From assembly GCA_951406725.2 (NCBI GenBank), contig OX597817.1, positions 126,728,001-126,792,000 on the forward strand: 64,000 nucleotides of DNA, written 5' to 3'. The translations under genes and the position numbers were made by a program. Shown piece by piece: positions 1 through 12,192 of the stretch. The stretch is from Octopus vulgaris. Its lineage: Eukaryota. Position 1 is the stretch's first letter. Every line of letters begins with the position of its first letter. The notes beneath the pieces were generated by a model. It did no database searches. It had not been told where the DNA came from and worked only from the letters and a program-made list of their open reading frames with translations.

Positions 1-268
1 GAGAATTGACCGAACGGAAATGTGTACTTATTTGGAGCTTTAGCAATTCTTAATTTCTTAATTACAAGACCATCATGCAAAGAGTAGAAACATCGGTCAA
101 ATTGCATTGGGTTTGTACAACTTTAAGTAATTATTACGGTATTTTGTTGAAACAGGTGTATGATCAACAAAGCATTGTATAATAAATACACACACGTACA
201 GGTATTGATATATATGGGTGTTTATATACGTACATATATATATATATATATACACACATATAAATAGA

Positions 269-1250
269 CACTGTGTTTCATAAAATTTCAGTATCATACA
301 CGAAATCTAATAACTTTGCCAGTTCTTGTTCAAATGACTTCAAATTTTAACAGCATGCGTAGAAACAGGTCACAATTTTATGATTAACGTCTGATATGTT
401 TATTTTTCAGGTACAGAAATGGCATTGACTGGAAGAAAAAGGCGTTTTGTGTGTTGGAGTAAGCTCTAACACAGTCAAACAAGAATGTGCAACGTGCATT
501 TGTGAGAGAGTTCTCTGAAAAGTCACCAACAGCAATGAAGATTTTGACATGGAACAAGATATTCAAATAGGATGGACGACCACTAACATCCGAAGAGTCG
601 GTCAAGCAGGTTCGCCAAGAACGCTTGCGAAGCCCTGAGATTCCATATGAAGAACAAGTCTAGAAACCCAGATTACTCCAACAAAAATTTGGTGTGTCCT
701 GAGGAAGCGCTTGCTATTGATACCCTTCAAGCTGCAAATCGTTCAGGCTATAATGACAGATGACAAGCGAAAGCGCAAACAATTTAGTGTTAATATGCAA
801 GAGAAACTTAAAGAAGCCGATTTCAAGGAATGTTTTCTTTTCAGTGATGACGCCACATTTCATGCGAATAGCAAGGTCAATAAGCATAATGTTCGCGTTT
901 GGAGCGAAGAGAATCCCCATGCAGCAGCTGAGCCTAAGAGATACTCAGCAAAAGTGAATGTGTTCTGCGCCATCTCCGAGAAGCATCTTCATGACCTGTT
1001 TTTCTTTGAGTGAAATGCGACCGGCGATGTTTATCTGCAAATGTTTCAGCACTGGCTAATGGATAGAGCTTCATATTTCAACAGGACGTGGCTCCACCTA
1101 CTGGAAGTTCACTGCGAGGGCTTATCTCAGTGACAACTTGCTAGGGAGATGGATCGGGCATGCTGGTGATGAAAGCAATGAAGTGTTGAAATGGCCGCCA
1201 CGTTCACCTAAGACCTTGCGATTTTTTTCTCTAAGGCTATGTGAAGCTCA
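269..1250 (+). mobile_element. Degenerate Tc1/mariner-superfamily DNA transposon (DUF4817-type N-terminus), transposase pseudogene
   Basis: From ATG ~419: KAFCVLE..TQSNKNVQRAFVREF. ORF 711-1013 has FSDDATFHANSKVNKHNVRVWSEENPH and KVNVFCAIS. Downstream frames give FQQDVAPP, WIG and KWPPRSP. Several stops/frameshifts; 3' end truncated. Confidence 0.85.
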
Positions 1251-1330
1251 ATATTAAACCTGTCTAGTTTCATTTGTCTTGATTATGTAGTTTCTGTGAT
1301 ATTTACATCTGAAATTATATCGAATGTTTT

Positions 1331-1533
<203 letters not shown>

Positions 1534-2360
1534 GCAAAGAGAGAGAGATATTAGTATATGGATTGTGACATAATATGATTATATTTCTCAGCGGCACAGT
1601 GCCTATTCCGCTTACGCCCTAATACTAATTCTAACTATTAGTGTATACCATTAAGCTATACTTTTTGTTTCCTAAACGTTCGGAAAAGATCTATAATGCT
1701 ATTTATGTTGATCTCTTCTTAGATTATTCTTCTACTTATAACTGTTTACGTTGAGCAATGTTGATATGTTTTCCTAATGTTTTATATCATTGTGTAATAC
1801 GAATTAATTTATTTGTTTTTTCCTCCTGGTTACTTTTATAACCTGAAATTTGTGCTAATAATTTGTTCATATTTCAACTCTCTAGATACTCATGAATGCA
1901 TATCATCAATACCCTAACAAGCGTGTTTCTCAAGTGTTATTCGGGCATCGATATGTAGCATCGAGTCTATGACTTGACTAAATGCAGTATGGCTCTATAA
2001 GCGCAAGTGAAAATTACAAAGAATTATCATAGTTTGCTGCACTAAAAACACTGGGCCATATTGTGAATCGTATTGACCTTGGTTTATTTTATGGCTTTAA
2101 CATTTTTTAAAGCTACATATATGATAAACGCTCGCGCGTTGAGCGAATGTCTTCACATATATAGTACAATCATTACAAACATTTTAATGCAATGTATCGA
2201 CAATGATCATTCATTTATTAACACTCTATTTGAACATATGTCTCTTTTTTCTTATCGTTACAAATATGTAGATTGCATTCTTACAATATAAATAATATAT
2301 ATGTGCATATACACACTCACAGACACAGACACACACTCACACACATACACATATATATGT

Positions 2361-2965
2361 ATATATGGTTACAGGGCGTCACCAACAGCAAAAAACATGA
2401 AATACGAAAACAAATGAGTTAAATACGCAATCGAGAGAAATAAAATGGAAAACAGGACAAGTAACACAAAGAACGAACCTTCATCAGTTGTCGGCTGTCT
2501 ATCTACTTCTCATTTCGAGCAGTGAGCGACAATATGTCTTCGAAAACAGTTGCTCCCATCAATACCAAAATAAAATTTTGGATTTATGGAGGGTCAACGT
2601 TGGGAACAAAAACATGATATTGGAGAGATACAAGGAAATCATATGAAAACAAACATGAAAGATCGTTAGACCAAAACGAAAGTAAAATAGCGAACACTGG
2701 AGAGTCATTTTCTTTGAAAAGAGAAAAGATAGAAGGGAGAGAGAGAAGACTTCCATCTATAGCTATTTAGGGAGGAAATGTCTTCGAAGACTAATATTGC
2801 CGTTCAATGCGAGAAATGAGTAGATATACAGCCGACAACTAATGAAGAGTCGTTCTTTGTCATACTTGTCCTGTTTTCCATTTTGTCTCTTGTTGTTTTC
2901 GTATTGAACTTATTTGTTTTCGTATTTCATGTTTTTTATACTTGTGATGCCCTGTACCCATATAT
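2361..2965. repeat. Long imperfect palindrome (arms ~2361-2557 and ~2770-2965), probably paired inverted Penelope-like terminal repeats
   Basis: atatatggttacagggcgtcac...gaaaacaggacaagta...ttcatcagttgtcggctgtctatctac is the reverse complement of gtagatatacagccgacaactaatgaa...tacttgtcctgttttc...gtgatgccctgtacccatatat. Confidence 0.85.
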
Positions 2966-3806
2966 ACAGATGTGTGCGTGTTTGTAAATATATGCATTCA
3001 TATACATGAATGTGTGAATGCTTATTTGCAGTTTTCTATATCTTACGTAGTTTTGAATCTGCACTTGTAGATATGTTTCACATTTGTAAACTTATATTTT
3101 AGTTCGATAATATCTAATTTAATTTTGTTATACTCATTTATTAAAATGTTATTATTAATTTTGTATCTATATATGCGGAACAAAAATGTATTAGTAAAAT
3201 TTTACGAATGCGATTTAAAATATAGATTTATTTTGTATGAAATCAAACGAAATATTCCAAAATATTTTTCAAATGCATCCATGACTTATAGACAGTTTCC
3301 AATCGTCTATAGTTCACTCATTTAAGAATGGCGACCGAATGTTGCATGGAGAAGGAAACTGAAAGATTAATTGTTTAAAATGTGGCAGTATTGTCATATT
3401 AAGATTAATGTGAGATAACTTCTGGCAAAAAATATTTCTTGTATGATTTCTGAAGTCTTTGATATTGAAAGATGATTTTTAGAGGAGTCGTTCTATCGGA
3501 GAGAGATTTTCAATCTGATAACATGAACATGTAATAAATCAAAACCGATGTTATGTAAGAAATCGTGACTTATATCTTTCCTTTTTAGCACACTACCCCC
3601 TTTTAAATCATACAAACACACACACACACATACACAAAACTATGTATATACTTTCTTTCCTGCATGATTTATAACAAATACGAATGAGCATAGCATGCAC
3701 ATGTGAAGCTGTTTCTTACAGACTCACTTTATTAATACATATATATATATATTTACATACATATACATTTGCGTGTGTGTGTGTACACACACATGCACAC
3801 ACACAG

Positions 3807-3851
<45 letters not shown>

Positions 3852-5782
3852 TGTAAATGATTTTTATTTCTCTTTCCTTAGAAGTCGAAACATCAAGAGA
3901 GCAGGACATTCCATATTTAGACATGATCAAGCAAACTATTTGAAACACCTAAAATATAATGGTTCTCCATACACTTATTTATAAAAATATCTATCAAATG
4001 ATTTATGGCTACCGTGGACATAGAGTAAACGTTTCCATAAATATTATGCTAAATACACCAGAGTTAAGTATGATGTATGTTGTAATGCAGATTAGTCTAA
4101 CGCGTACCGATAAGAATGATTTCTGAAATAGGAACAAGACCATACAGTTTTGTTTTGTTTCTATGTTACTATCACATGGTATCGAACTTTAAAAAAATTG
4201 CAATGCTATTAGGTGGCTTCACTTGAAATGAGTGATAGAAACGTTATGAGTACATTTCTGCACGTAAATTACTGCCTTCTGCACTTCCTCCTCTCTAATA
4301 TTTATTATTTACTTCCTTAACTTCGCCAGGTATCCCGGAGCTGATGGAAAGATTCTCACCCGAAGCAGATGCAAAGATGCTCATCCCGAAGCAGATGGAA
4401 ACGTACTCACTACGCCTGGACTGTGACAATGAAGATGTGGGCGTAAATAAGACCATAACAAATTCAATGAAATCGAGGATACGAAGGCAGTGGGGCGTAC
4501 GGTTTGTTAAATATTACTGTGCGGAAGTAAATAATATAAATTGTGGAGTGATTACTTATTTCAGAATGAGTTAATTTATACAAATGTTACCATGCTGTTC
4601 ATGAAATCATTAGTCAATAATGTTATACAGTTGAACAGGATATGGTTGGTTGATTGCGCACAGAGATAACATACAGTGGGAGATGTTATGAGAAGTAAAG
4701 AACGTTATGTATTTTGAACGGTAGGTGAAGAGTTATGTAATATACGAGAAGTATAATATAGAAACACTAAACTTTTTAATGATCAACCAAAAGAGAAGCG
4801 AAAGTAAAAAAGCCAGAACATTTGAGATGAGAGGCAAACGGGTGTGAGAGCCAAATAAAATATGAAGGAAAAAGTATAGTCACACGCAGAAATACAGAAG
4901 TGCACACATACTCGTGTTAGCCATGTTTGTTGTTTGCCAATGCCACGCGTAGAAAATACATTAATATATCCAGATGTCCTGTTTAGTCTGGAATAGCTAA
5001 GCTGCTATCACCTGTAAACTTTCTGTTTATCATCGTTTGCACATCATATGATAAGTTTTCAAATTGCTCTTGACTGCCACCATCAAACCAAAGATAAACA
5101 TCTAGTTTTCCACACTCGCATATTCTCGGAACTTCGTTTGTGATGTTTCGCACATGTAGATTTATTGTATTAGTCATATTTCCGCACTCATGCTAGGTAT
5201 TCAGTTTACATGTGTCCGACATAACTGTCACCTCATTTTTACCACTTTGCTGGATAACATGAGTACGTCCTAATTTGTCTCTTCCAATTCATATTTCAAT
5301 TAACAGAAAGCTTCAATCCGCAATGGAAACGCCCAGTGGGAAAAATGTTAAGATCTTATTCATTTACTTCAAGATAAGCACAAAAATGCTGCAATCTAAA
5401 CGTTATTTTACTTACGTGGTTTGCGATACACACAAGCACTAAAAGGTTCGGAGTCTAGCGTCAAACCAACAGACAGTTTGAAGACATTCTACAAATTTAC
5501 GTACAAATCTATGTTCCGCAGTTTGGGTAATTGACAACATGAGCATTTGGAAGATGTTCGTAACAACATTTGCTTAAATCTCATATCATTTCTGAAGCGA
5601 TTATATTCCACTGCAGTTTAGACCTTAATCCCTTATTTATGAATTAGGAGACCACCTTCTCTTCATCATATGTATATCTGTTTTCTATAACCTTAATTAA
5701 AACATTTGGTTCTTCTTTTCACTTTCAGTTTCCCCTCACCAAAAATTCTTGTTTGTTGTAACGAATGTAATTTAGCCTCCAG

Positions 5783-6200
5783 AGGAGTGCATTTGTGGTA
5801 AGTAGCTTGCTTACCAACCACATCTTACCGGGTTCAGTCCCACGGCATGGCAACTTGGGCAAGTGCCTTCCCCTGTAACCTCGGGCCGACCAAAGCCTTT
5901 TCAGTGGATTTGGTAGGCGGAAACTGAAAAAATCCCGTCGTATATATGTATGTATATATGTATGTGTGTGCATATGCTTGTGTGTCTGTGTTTGAACCCC
6001 CAACATCGCTTGACAACCTATTCTGGTGTGTTATGTACCCGTAACTTAGCGGTACATAACACTTATTCTATCGGCAAAAGAGGCCGATAAAATAAGTACT
6101 AAGCTTACAAAGGATAAGTCCAGGGGTCGATTTGCTGGACTAAATGCGGTGCTCCAGCATGGCCACAGTCAAATGACTGAAACAAATAAAAGCGTAAAGA
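5783..6200 (+). mobile_element. tRNA-derived SINE, family A (CORE-like 'cttgggcaagt' segment), uninterrupted copy
   Basis: Head gtggtaagtagcttgcttaccaaccacat, B-box-like gggttcagtccc, body ccgaccaaagcc..gtggatttggtag, tail gcggtgctccagcatggccacagtcaaatgactgaaac. Matches copies at 11356 and 33301. Confidence 0.9.
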
Positions 6201-7504
6201 GTATATACATACATACAAAGATATATATATACATATATATATATAAATATGCACACACACAATGCGAGATCAGATACAATGTAAATAGGATTACGCATAT
6301 ATCTGTGCGTGGTATGTACAAACCCTTCTTATTAGAAATTTATGTATTTCCTGGAAGCATGCAAGTAACTCTTCAAAGAAGACGTCAAAATTAAATAGTA
6401 ACATTTGACTGTGAGCCAGTTTGGTAATTCTGATGAGGTGATATCTCTCCTCATTAATAGTATCCTAGCACTCCTACTCTGGTGGAATAAGTGTGTGGAC
6501 CACAAATGTCGAAAAAGAAAGTGTCTTTTGTCATAATCCTTGAGTATCTTGGTCAGTATGGACATTTCAGATGACGATCTTACAAAGCTTATAAAGAGAA
6601 ATCGTCTATAACATGGGAGCTTGATTTTTAGCAAGTATTTGAATAGAAAGCATGGATTTCTAATTAAACAACAATGCGTTCTACCATAACTTTACCTTTC
6701 TATTTAAGAGCCTACTACCTGTATGAGGAGAAGTAAGAGTGGAATCGAGCGGAAAACGCTAAACCCTCTGAGGTATGGTTTAAAATTCTGAGCATATTTC
6801 AATATTCTATATTTCCAATATTCTATATTTGGAGCTTAAGTGCTGAATTGTGTTTACTGCTTCATTATCACTGAGGGACCGAGGAAAAAATTACAAGTTG
6901 TACCCTAGAATAAATTGAATCGATTATAATAATGTCACCCAAGAATAAAATAAATTATTCCATTGTTCAATTAAAATCAATCATCATATTCTCATATATA
7001 GTCCAGTCCTTTACGGAACATTTTTGCAATTATAAATAAATTACAAGTTGGTATGATCAATTTCTGTTGCTTAATTTAGAAATTGTATAATTTCTGTTTA
7101 TTTTTATTTAATTTGGTTGTCAAATTATGTAATTGAATTTTCTAGTGAAAATTTCTTCTCATAAGTTATCAATTTGAATCTGAGAGTTACAAAGCAAACA
7201 AAATATAAATTATTCGATCAGTTTAGGCTAAAAAACCTCTCAGCTTCGTTTCTTATAAAAGGTGGTTGGTTTAATTACTTTAGTATACATTTCTGCTGGT
7301 TACTGCGTGTAAGAAATATGGGAGTGTAGGGATACATAGAGATATGCAAGCATGCTTGTATGAATAAAAACACGCTCCCACAGAGAAATAACACAATACA
7401 CACACATGTAAAAAAGCAAACACAAATTCGCACACGTAAACGCACTTATATATGCACTTGAAGTCATCTAAATTACTATGAGTAAAGGTGTACTATATAC
7501 GTAT

Positions 7505-8890
7505 GTCATTATTCAGTTTTATTTCAAGATTCTTTGCCAAAAGGGAAAAAAGAACAGTTTCTAACCGAGATCCATTGCAATTTCAGTATCAGGCTATTTT
7601 CAACAACTGGGTAATTTTGTTTGTATGAATGTATAGGTGCAGATTTGTATGTGTTGATTTATGTATGCATTCTCATGTATATAATTGTATATCTAGATGT
7701 GTTCATTCATATATACTTAAATGATGAACGTCCGATAAAGTTTTACAGATTTGTACAGTTCCAGCGATGGATTAAATCTCTAGTCTTCGAAATAGCTTTG
7801 TCTTTTCTCGTTTTGAGAAGCTTAATTTCTTAACACTGGTATTTAGACAGTGTGTTACAGTTCCCAGGGCTCTGATAATTACAGGTATAAACCTGAACGG
7901 TTTATACCTGTAATTTTTAAGGAGGTTTAAGGCGGCGAGCTGGCAGAACCGTTAGCACGCCTGGCGAAATGCGTAGCCGTATTTCGTTTGCCGTTACGTT
8001 GTGAGTTCAAATTCCGCCGAGGACGACTTTACCTTTCATCCTTTCGGGGTCGATTTATTAAGTACCAATTACGCACTGGGGTCGATGTAATCGACGTAGT
8101 ACCTATGTTTGTCTTTGTTTGTCCCCTCTATGTTTAGCCCCTTGTGAGTAATAAAGAAATAGGTATAAACCTGAACTTGTAATCTGGATAGGGTAACTGC
8201 GAATTTCTCTATGGTTCAGCTTTATGTTAAAATCCACTGAACAGCTGATTGCCACAACTGTACACAGTTTCTCTTTTAAATCCCAAACCATTATATCAGG
8301 CCTGTTGTGCTTGTATTTTATTGAGGACATTCCAACAGTATTCATTTTATTATGATTTGGTGTAACTGCTCCGATACTGTGGGTTCTTATTTCTTTATCG
8401 TCAGGATTATCCCGCTAACGGGTTTCATTATATAGCGTCATAGCTACAACGTCATATGTCATCGGTAGATGATACCGTGATGATATTTTCCGACAGCTGC
8501 TAATGATGTGGGTGATATATTCGGTGTTATATCACAAAGTGTGCATCGATTGTCACATTTTTCCTGCTCTTCCTGCAGCTCTATCCCTTTTTTACATCAT
8601 GTGTTTGGTTGATATTTTCTGTTCCTGGATTGCAAACGCATACCTTTCTAATTGGGAGGTTGTACTCCATCTATTGGTCCATAATAGACTGCTTTGCTTA
8701 TCAATGTTACTATCAACTCAAATATTTCTACTAATATATCCATGCAAAGACCCCTGCTCATATATGCTAATCCTTTCATTTGATGATACGTCGTGTGACT
8801 TCATTGGACATAGAAAAGAAGAATTCCTCAACATCTTTTAAATCTTGATTCGTACGTAGCGCAATGTTTTCGCCGGAATCTTGGCATGCA
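7505..8890 (-). mobile_element. R4/Dong-like RLE non-LTR retrotransposon, 3' portion (zinc knuckle + restriction-like endonuclease), degenerate
   Basis: Minus strand: RCTLC..EYITHIISSCRKISSRYHLPM, KHNRPDIMVWDLKEKLCTVVAISCSVD, FRFIPVIIRALG. Homologous to 46950-47200. Confidence 0.88.
7930..8160 (+). mobile_element. tRNA-derived SINE, family B (MetaSINE-like central domain), inserted in the LINE
   Basis: ggcggcgagctggcagaaccgttagcac..gagttcaaattccgcc..gactttacctttcatcctttcggggtcgat..aagtacc. Flanked by direct repeat aggtataaacctgaac (7883-7898 / 8161-8176). Confidence 0.9.
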
Positions 8891-9410
8891 GGTCATTTAT
8901 GATTAGTGGACATCAGAAAGACAACAAAACATAAACAATCTCATTTATATGAGTAAGAATTGTTTAAAGAAAATATGGATAACTTCCTTAAGCCAACAAA
9001 AAGCCTTCGGTTTAATTTTAGAGGGATTAATTCGAAGAAACATTCCTTATTAGGTTTCTTCAATTTTCATTCTAAAAGGAAACGTTAAAACGATTAATAA
9101 ATAAAATAGGCAGGTGTTTAGTGTAAATTCTAAAAGAGAATGTGAAAACGATTAATAAATAACACAGATAGGTGCTTGGAGTAAATATCGTAATGTTTAT
9201 GTAGGGAGACAGTCAAAATCGGTTGAGAGCATAATGATCAAATTTGTAGTTGAGAAAATATTAGGTAGCATACAGAATAAGAAGTAATCTACATATTGGA
9301 AAAGTTTTACCTGTATCATACGATTTCACACAGAATTCATTATATTAAATACCGACAACATAACTGCAGTTAAATGCTCTGTGAACAATGTAAAGATTGT
9401 TCTTTACATA

Positions 9411-9448
9411 AGCGCAGGAATGGCTGTGTGGTAAGTAGCTTGCTTACC
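9411..9448 (+). mobile_element. 5' head of a family-A SINE, split by the 9449-11355 insertion
   Basis: agcgcaggaatggctgtgtggtaagtagcttgcttacc; the SINE resumes at 11356. Confidence 0.88.
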
Positions 9449-11355
9449 CAGAATGCAACACTAGTTTGGCTAGACTGTTACAGTGAGCAGATGTGAGTTT
9501 CGGCTCCAAGAATAGGAAAAAAGAACAAATAGAAATATTGTCAATTATGGCTCGCTATAGTGAGCAAAATACTGGGTTCGCACCACCGTAAAAGTGAATT
9601 GAGAATTTTTTTGAAAATTCGTCTTGTGAATTCTAATGGGCGTATCTCGCCAGAAAAATAAGAATAAGCCATTTGGATTACCTTTTTGAAGTATTATACA
9701 AAGGAGTCCCTGTCTGTGCTATTTGTGAGGTCTTTCTTTTACTTTTCCCTTCTTCTATTTTTCTTTCTTTTTAAATTTTGGTTCATTCTTTTCATTACTT
9801 TAATTTCAGTTTCCTCCCCTCCTCTATTATTTTGTTTTATTTTTATTCGGTTTAATTTTTTGGCAGACTGTCTTTTGAACTACTTTTGAACTGTTTTTGA
9901 CATGGCAGAGAAGGAACTTAAAAAGAAAAACTCTGTCTTAGAGTGGGAAATTAACCCGCCTAAGCAGTGGTTAAAAGATATAGAGGAGAAGACGGTGGTA
10001 CTTAGAAGTATTCTAAAGTTCTTAATTCCATCACCGTCTTCCCAAAACAAGTCATAAAAATGAACTTAAAGAACATTTGTCCTCTGTAAAATATATATCC
10101 CGTGGTGTCAAACATGCAACCGTATGGTTGCTGTTTGACAACGGGGAAAAGGCTCGCCAGTTTGTGAGTCAGCCTTTAGAAGGCAAGGAAATTTTGTTTC
10201 TCCCATCATATTATGGAAGAAAATTAATACGAGCCTGGGTATGTGGGCTCCCCCCGGGCACCTAAGCGGATTGGATTGAAGATACCATCCGACAGGGACT
10301 GGGGATGGCAGGCCCAGGCTCTTAAATGTAAGAGTATTGCCGGCGGTCGACCCTGTGAAGCCCGTGGGCCGCAACAGAACTGGTTTTTCTAGACATCTTG
10401 AAAATGGCTGGCTGCAGGTATCCGGTGATACTTAAGGGACGTCCCCCAAAGTGTCACTCGTGCCTAAAGCCAGGCTACATTAGAAAGAACTGCCCCCAGG
10501 ACCATGGTAAGGTCTTGGAACAGTCACTAGATGCCACCACCCCTACCCGGTCAAAGGAAGAGGTGGATGTGGACGAGGAGGCTTCAGCCTCCTCAACACA
10601 AAAAGGATTAAAAAGGAAGAAGGCGTGCAACAATAGTTGCCCGCCGAAGGAACCTAAGGCTTCGGAAAGCGGGGGAGAGTCTCCGGACAAAGCGGAAGAA
10701 CTCCACTCTCCCGAAGCCAGGAAGAAAAGAAAAAAAGGAAGGAAGAACGGGTCATCTCAGCGGGGAGATGATGTGCCGACTGCATGTCCCGAAGTTGTGC
10801 CACCCACGGTGGATGAAACCACCCCCACCCTTAAAGATGATCAATTAATTATCTTTTTCTACAAGGGCGGGGAGGTGGAAAAAATAGTAGAATAACATAA
10901 AGAAACAGTAGATATGCCCTTCACGCGGGATCCCGAATGGCCTCCGCAGATAGCTGTGGAGGTCATAAGGTTTACTTTGTGGGAAATGGTTAAAGGATTT
11001 GGGGAGGAGTATCGCATATGGCCGGGTGGCCCTTACACGACTTACATGCCCTACAGTAGTGAGGCATGGGAAATGGCGGGATACAGGAACTCATGTGACA
11101 TTGAAGATAATGATGAATATATCGATGGATATATCGAAGAGTAGTAGGTGAAAGACCCTCATTACAGGGTTTGAAGCCTTATCTTATTTTATTATTTTGT
11201 AGTGGTTTATAACCTCAAATTTGTGATTTAAGAAAGAAAAAAAGAAAACATGTTAAATAAGAGGTTTTATTCATTATATTTCATTTTCATTCATTAATGT
11301 ATTTATCCAGCCCGCAAAGCTCTTTGTACTGTATATATGACAAATTTATGAAATA
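9449..11355 (+). mobile_element. ORF1-only non-autonomous retroelement (HAL1/Tx1-L1-like), copy 1, full length
   Basis: Bounded by a 16-bp TSD aagtagcttg(c/t)ttacc (9433-9448 / 11356-11371). AATAAA at 11352-11357. One disrupted ORF 9902-11144. No RT or endonuclease sequence. Confidence 0.8.
9902..11144 (+). pseudogene. LINE ORF1-like nucleic-acid-binding protein (RRM-like region, CCHC knuckle, K/E/S-rich linker, unknown C-terminal domain), ~410 codons with frameshifts/stops
   Basis: MAEKELKKKNSVLEWEINPPKQWLKD.., VWLLFDNGEKARQF, AWVCGLPPG, YPVILKGRPPKCHSCLKPGYIRKNCP. ORFs 10398-10895 and 10914-11144 are in the same frame, separated by one TAA. Confidence 0.8.
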
Positions 11356-11872
<517 letters not shown>

Positions 11873-12192
11873 GAAGAGTATCGTGAGACGTGATGTAGAT
11901 AGCTCGAACGGCGATTATGAAGGCGTTGCTAGGAGGCAGAAACACAGGTGATCTGGTCACTTCAGCACCTTCGAATACTTCTTCAAATCTTTAAACAGGG
12001 CCTTAGGCTGAGTTTAGGCGGCTATTTGAAGCCTTTTCAGACTATGGTTAACATTATATGTGGCGGTATGTTTCGACTCCTTGTCAAACATCCGGAAAGG
12101 CTTAGAATGATAATCGAACAATTTCTATGAATTCATCAACTCCATTTTCCCTAATTTATATTACTACAAGATAAAAAGAATGCATTCAGATA

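Noticed and set aside
6430-6460. ctgatgag as a hammerhead core
   Set aside because: No following stem II-GAAA or stem I.
7930-8020. SINE heads as tRNA genes
   Set aside because: A/B-box-like motifs are followed by SINE bodies and no complete cloverleaf is evident.
9902-11144. LTR-retrotransposon gag or host zinc-knuckle retrogene
   Set aside because: No LTRs, PBS or PPT. A 16-bp TSD, a terminal AATAAA and a diverged second copy at the same target fit a non-LTR-type element better. A host retrogene is not formally excluded.
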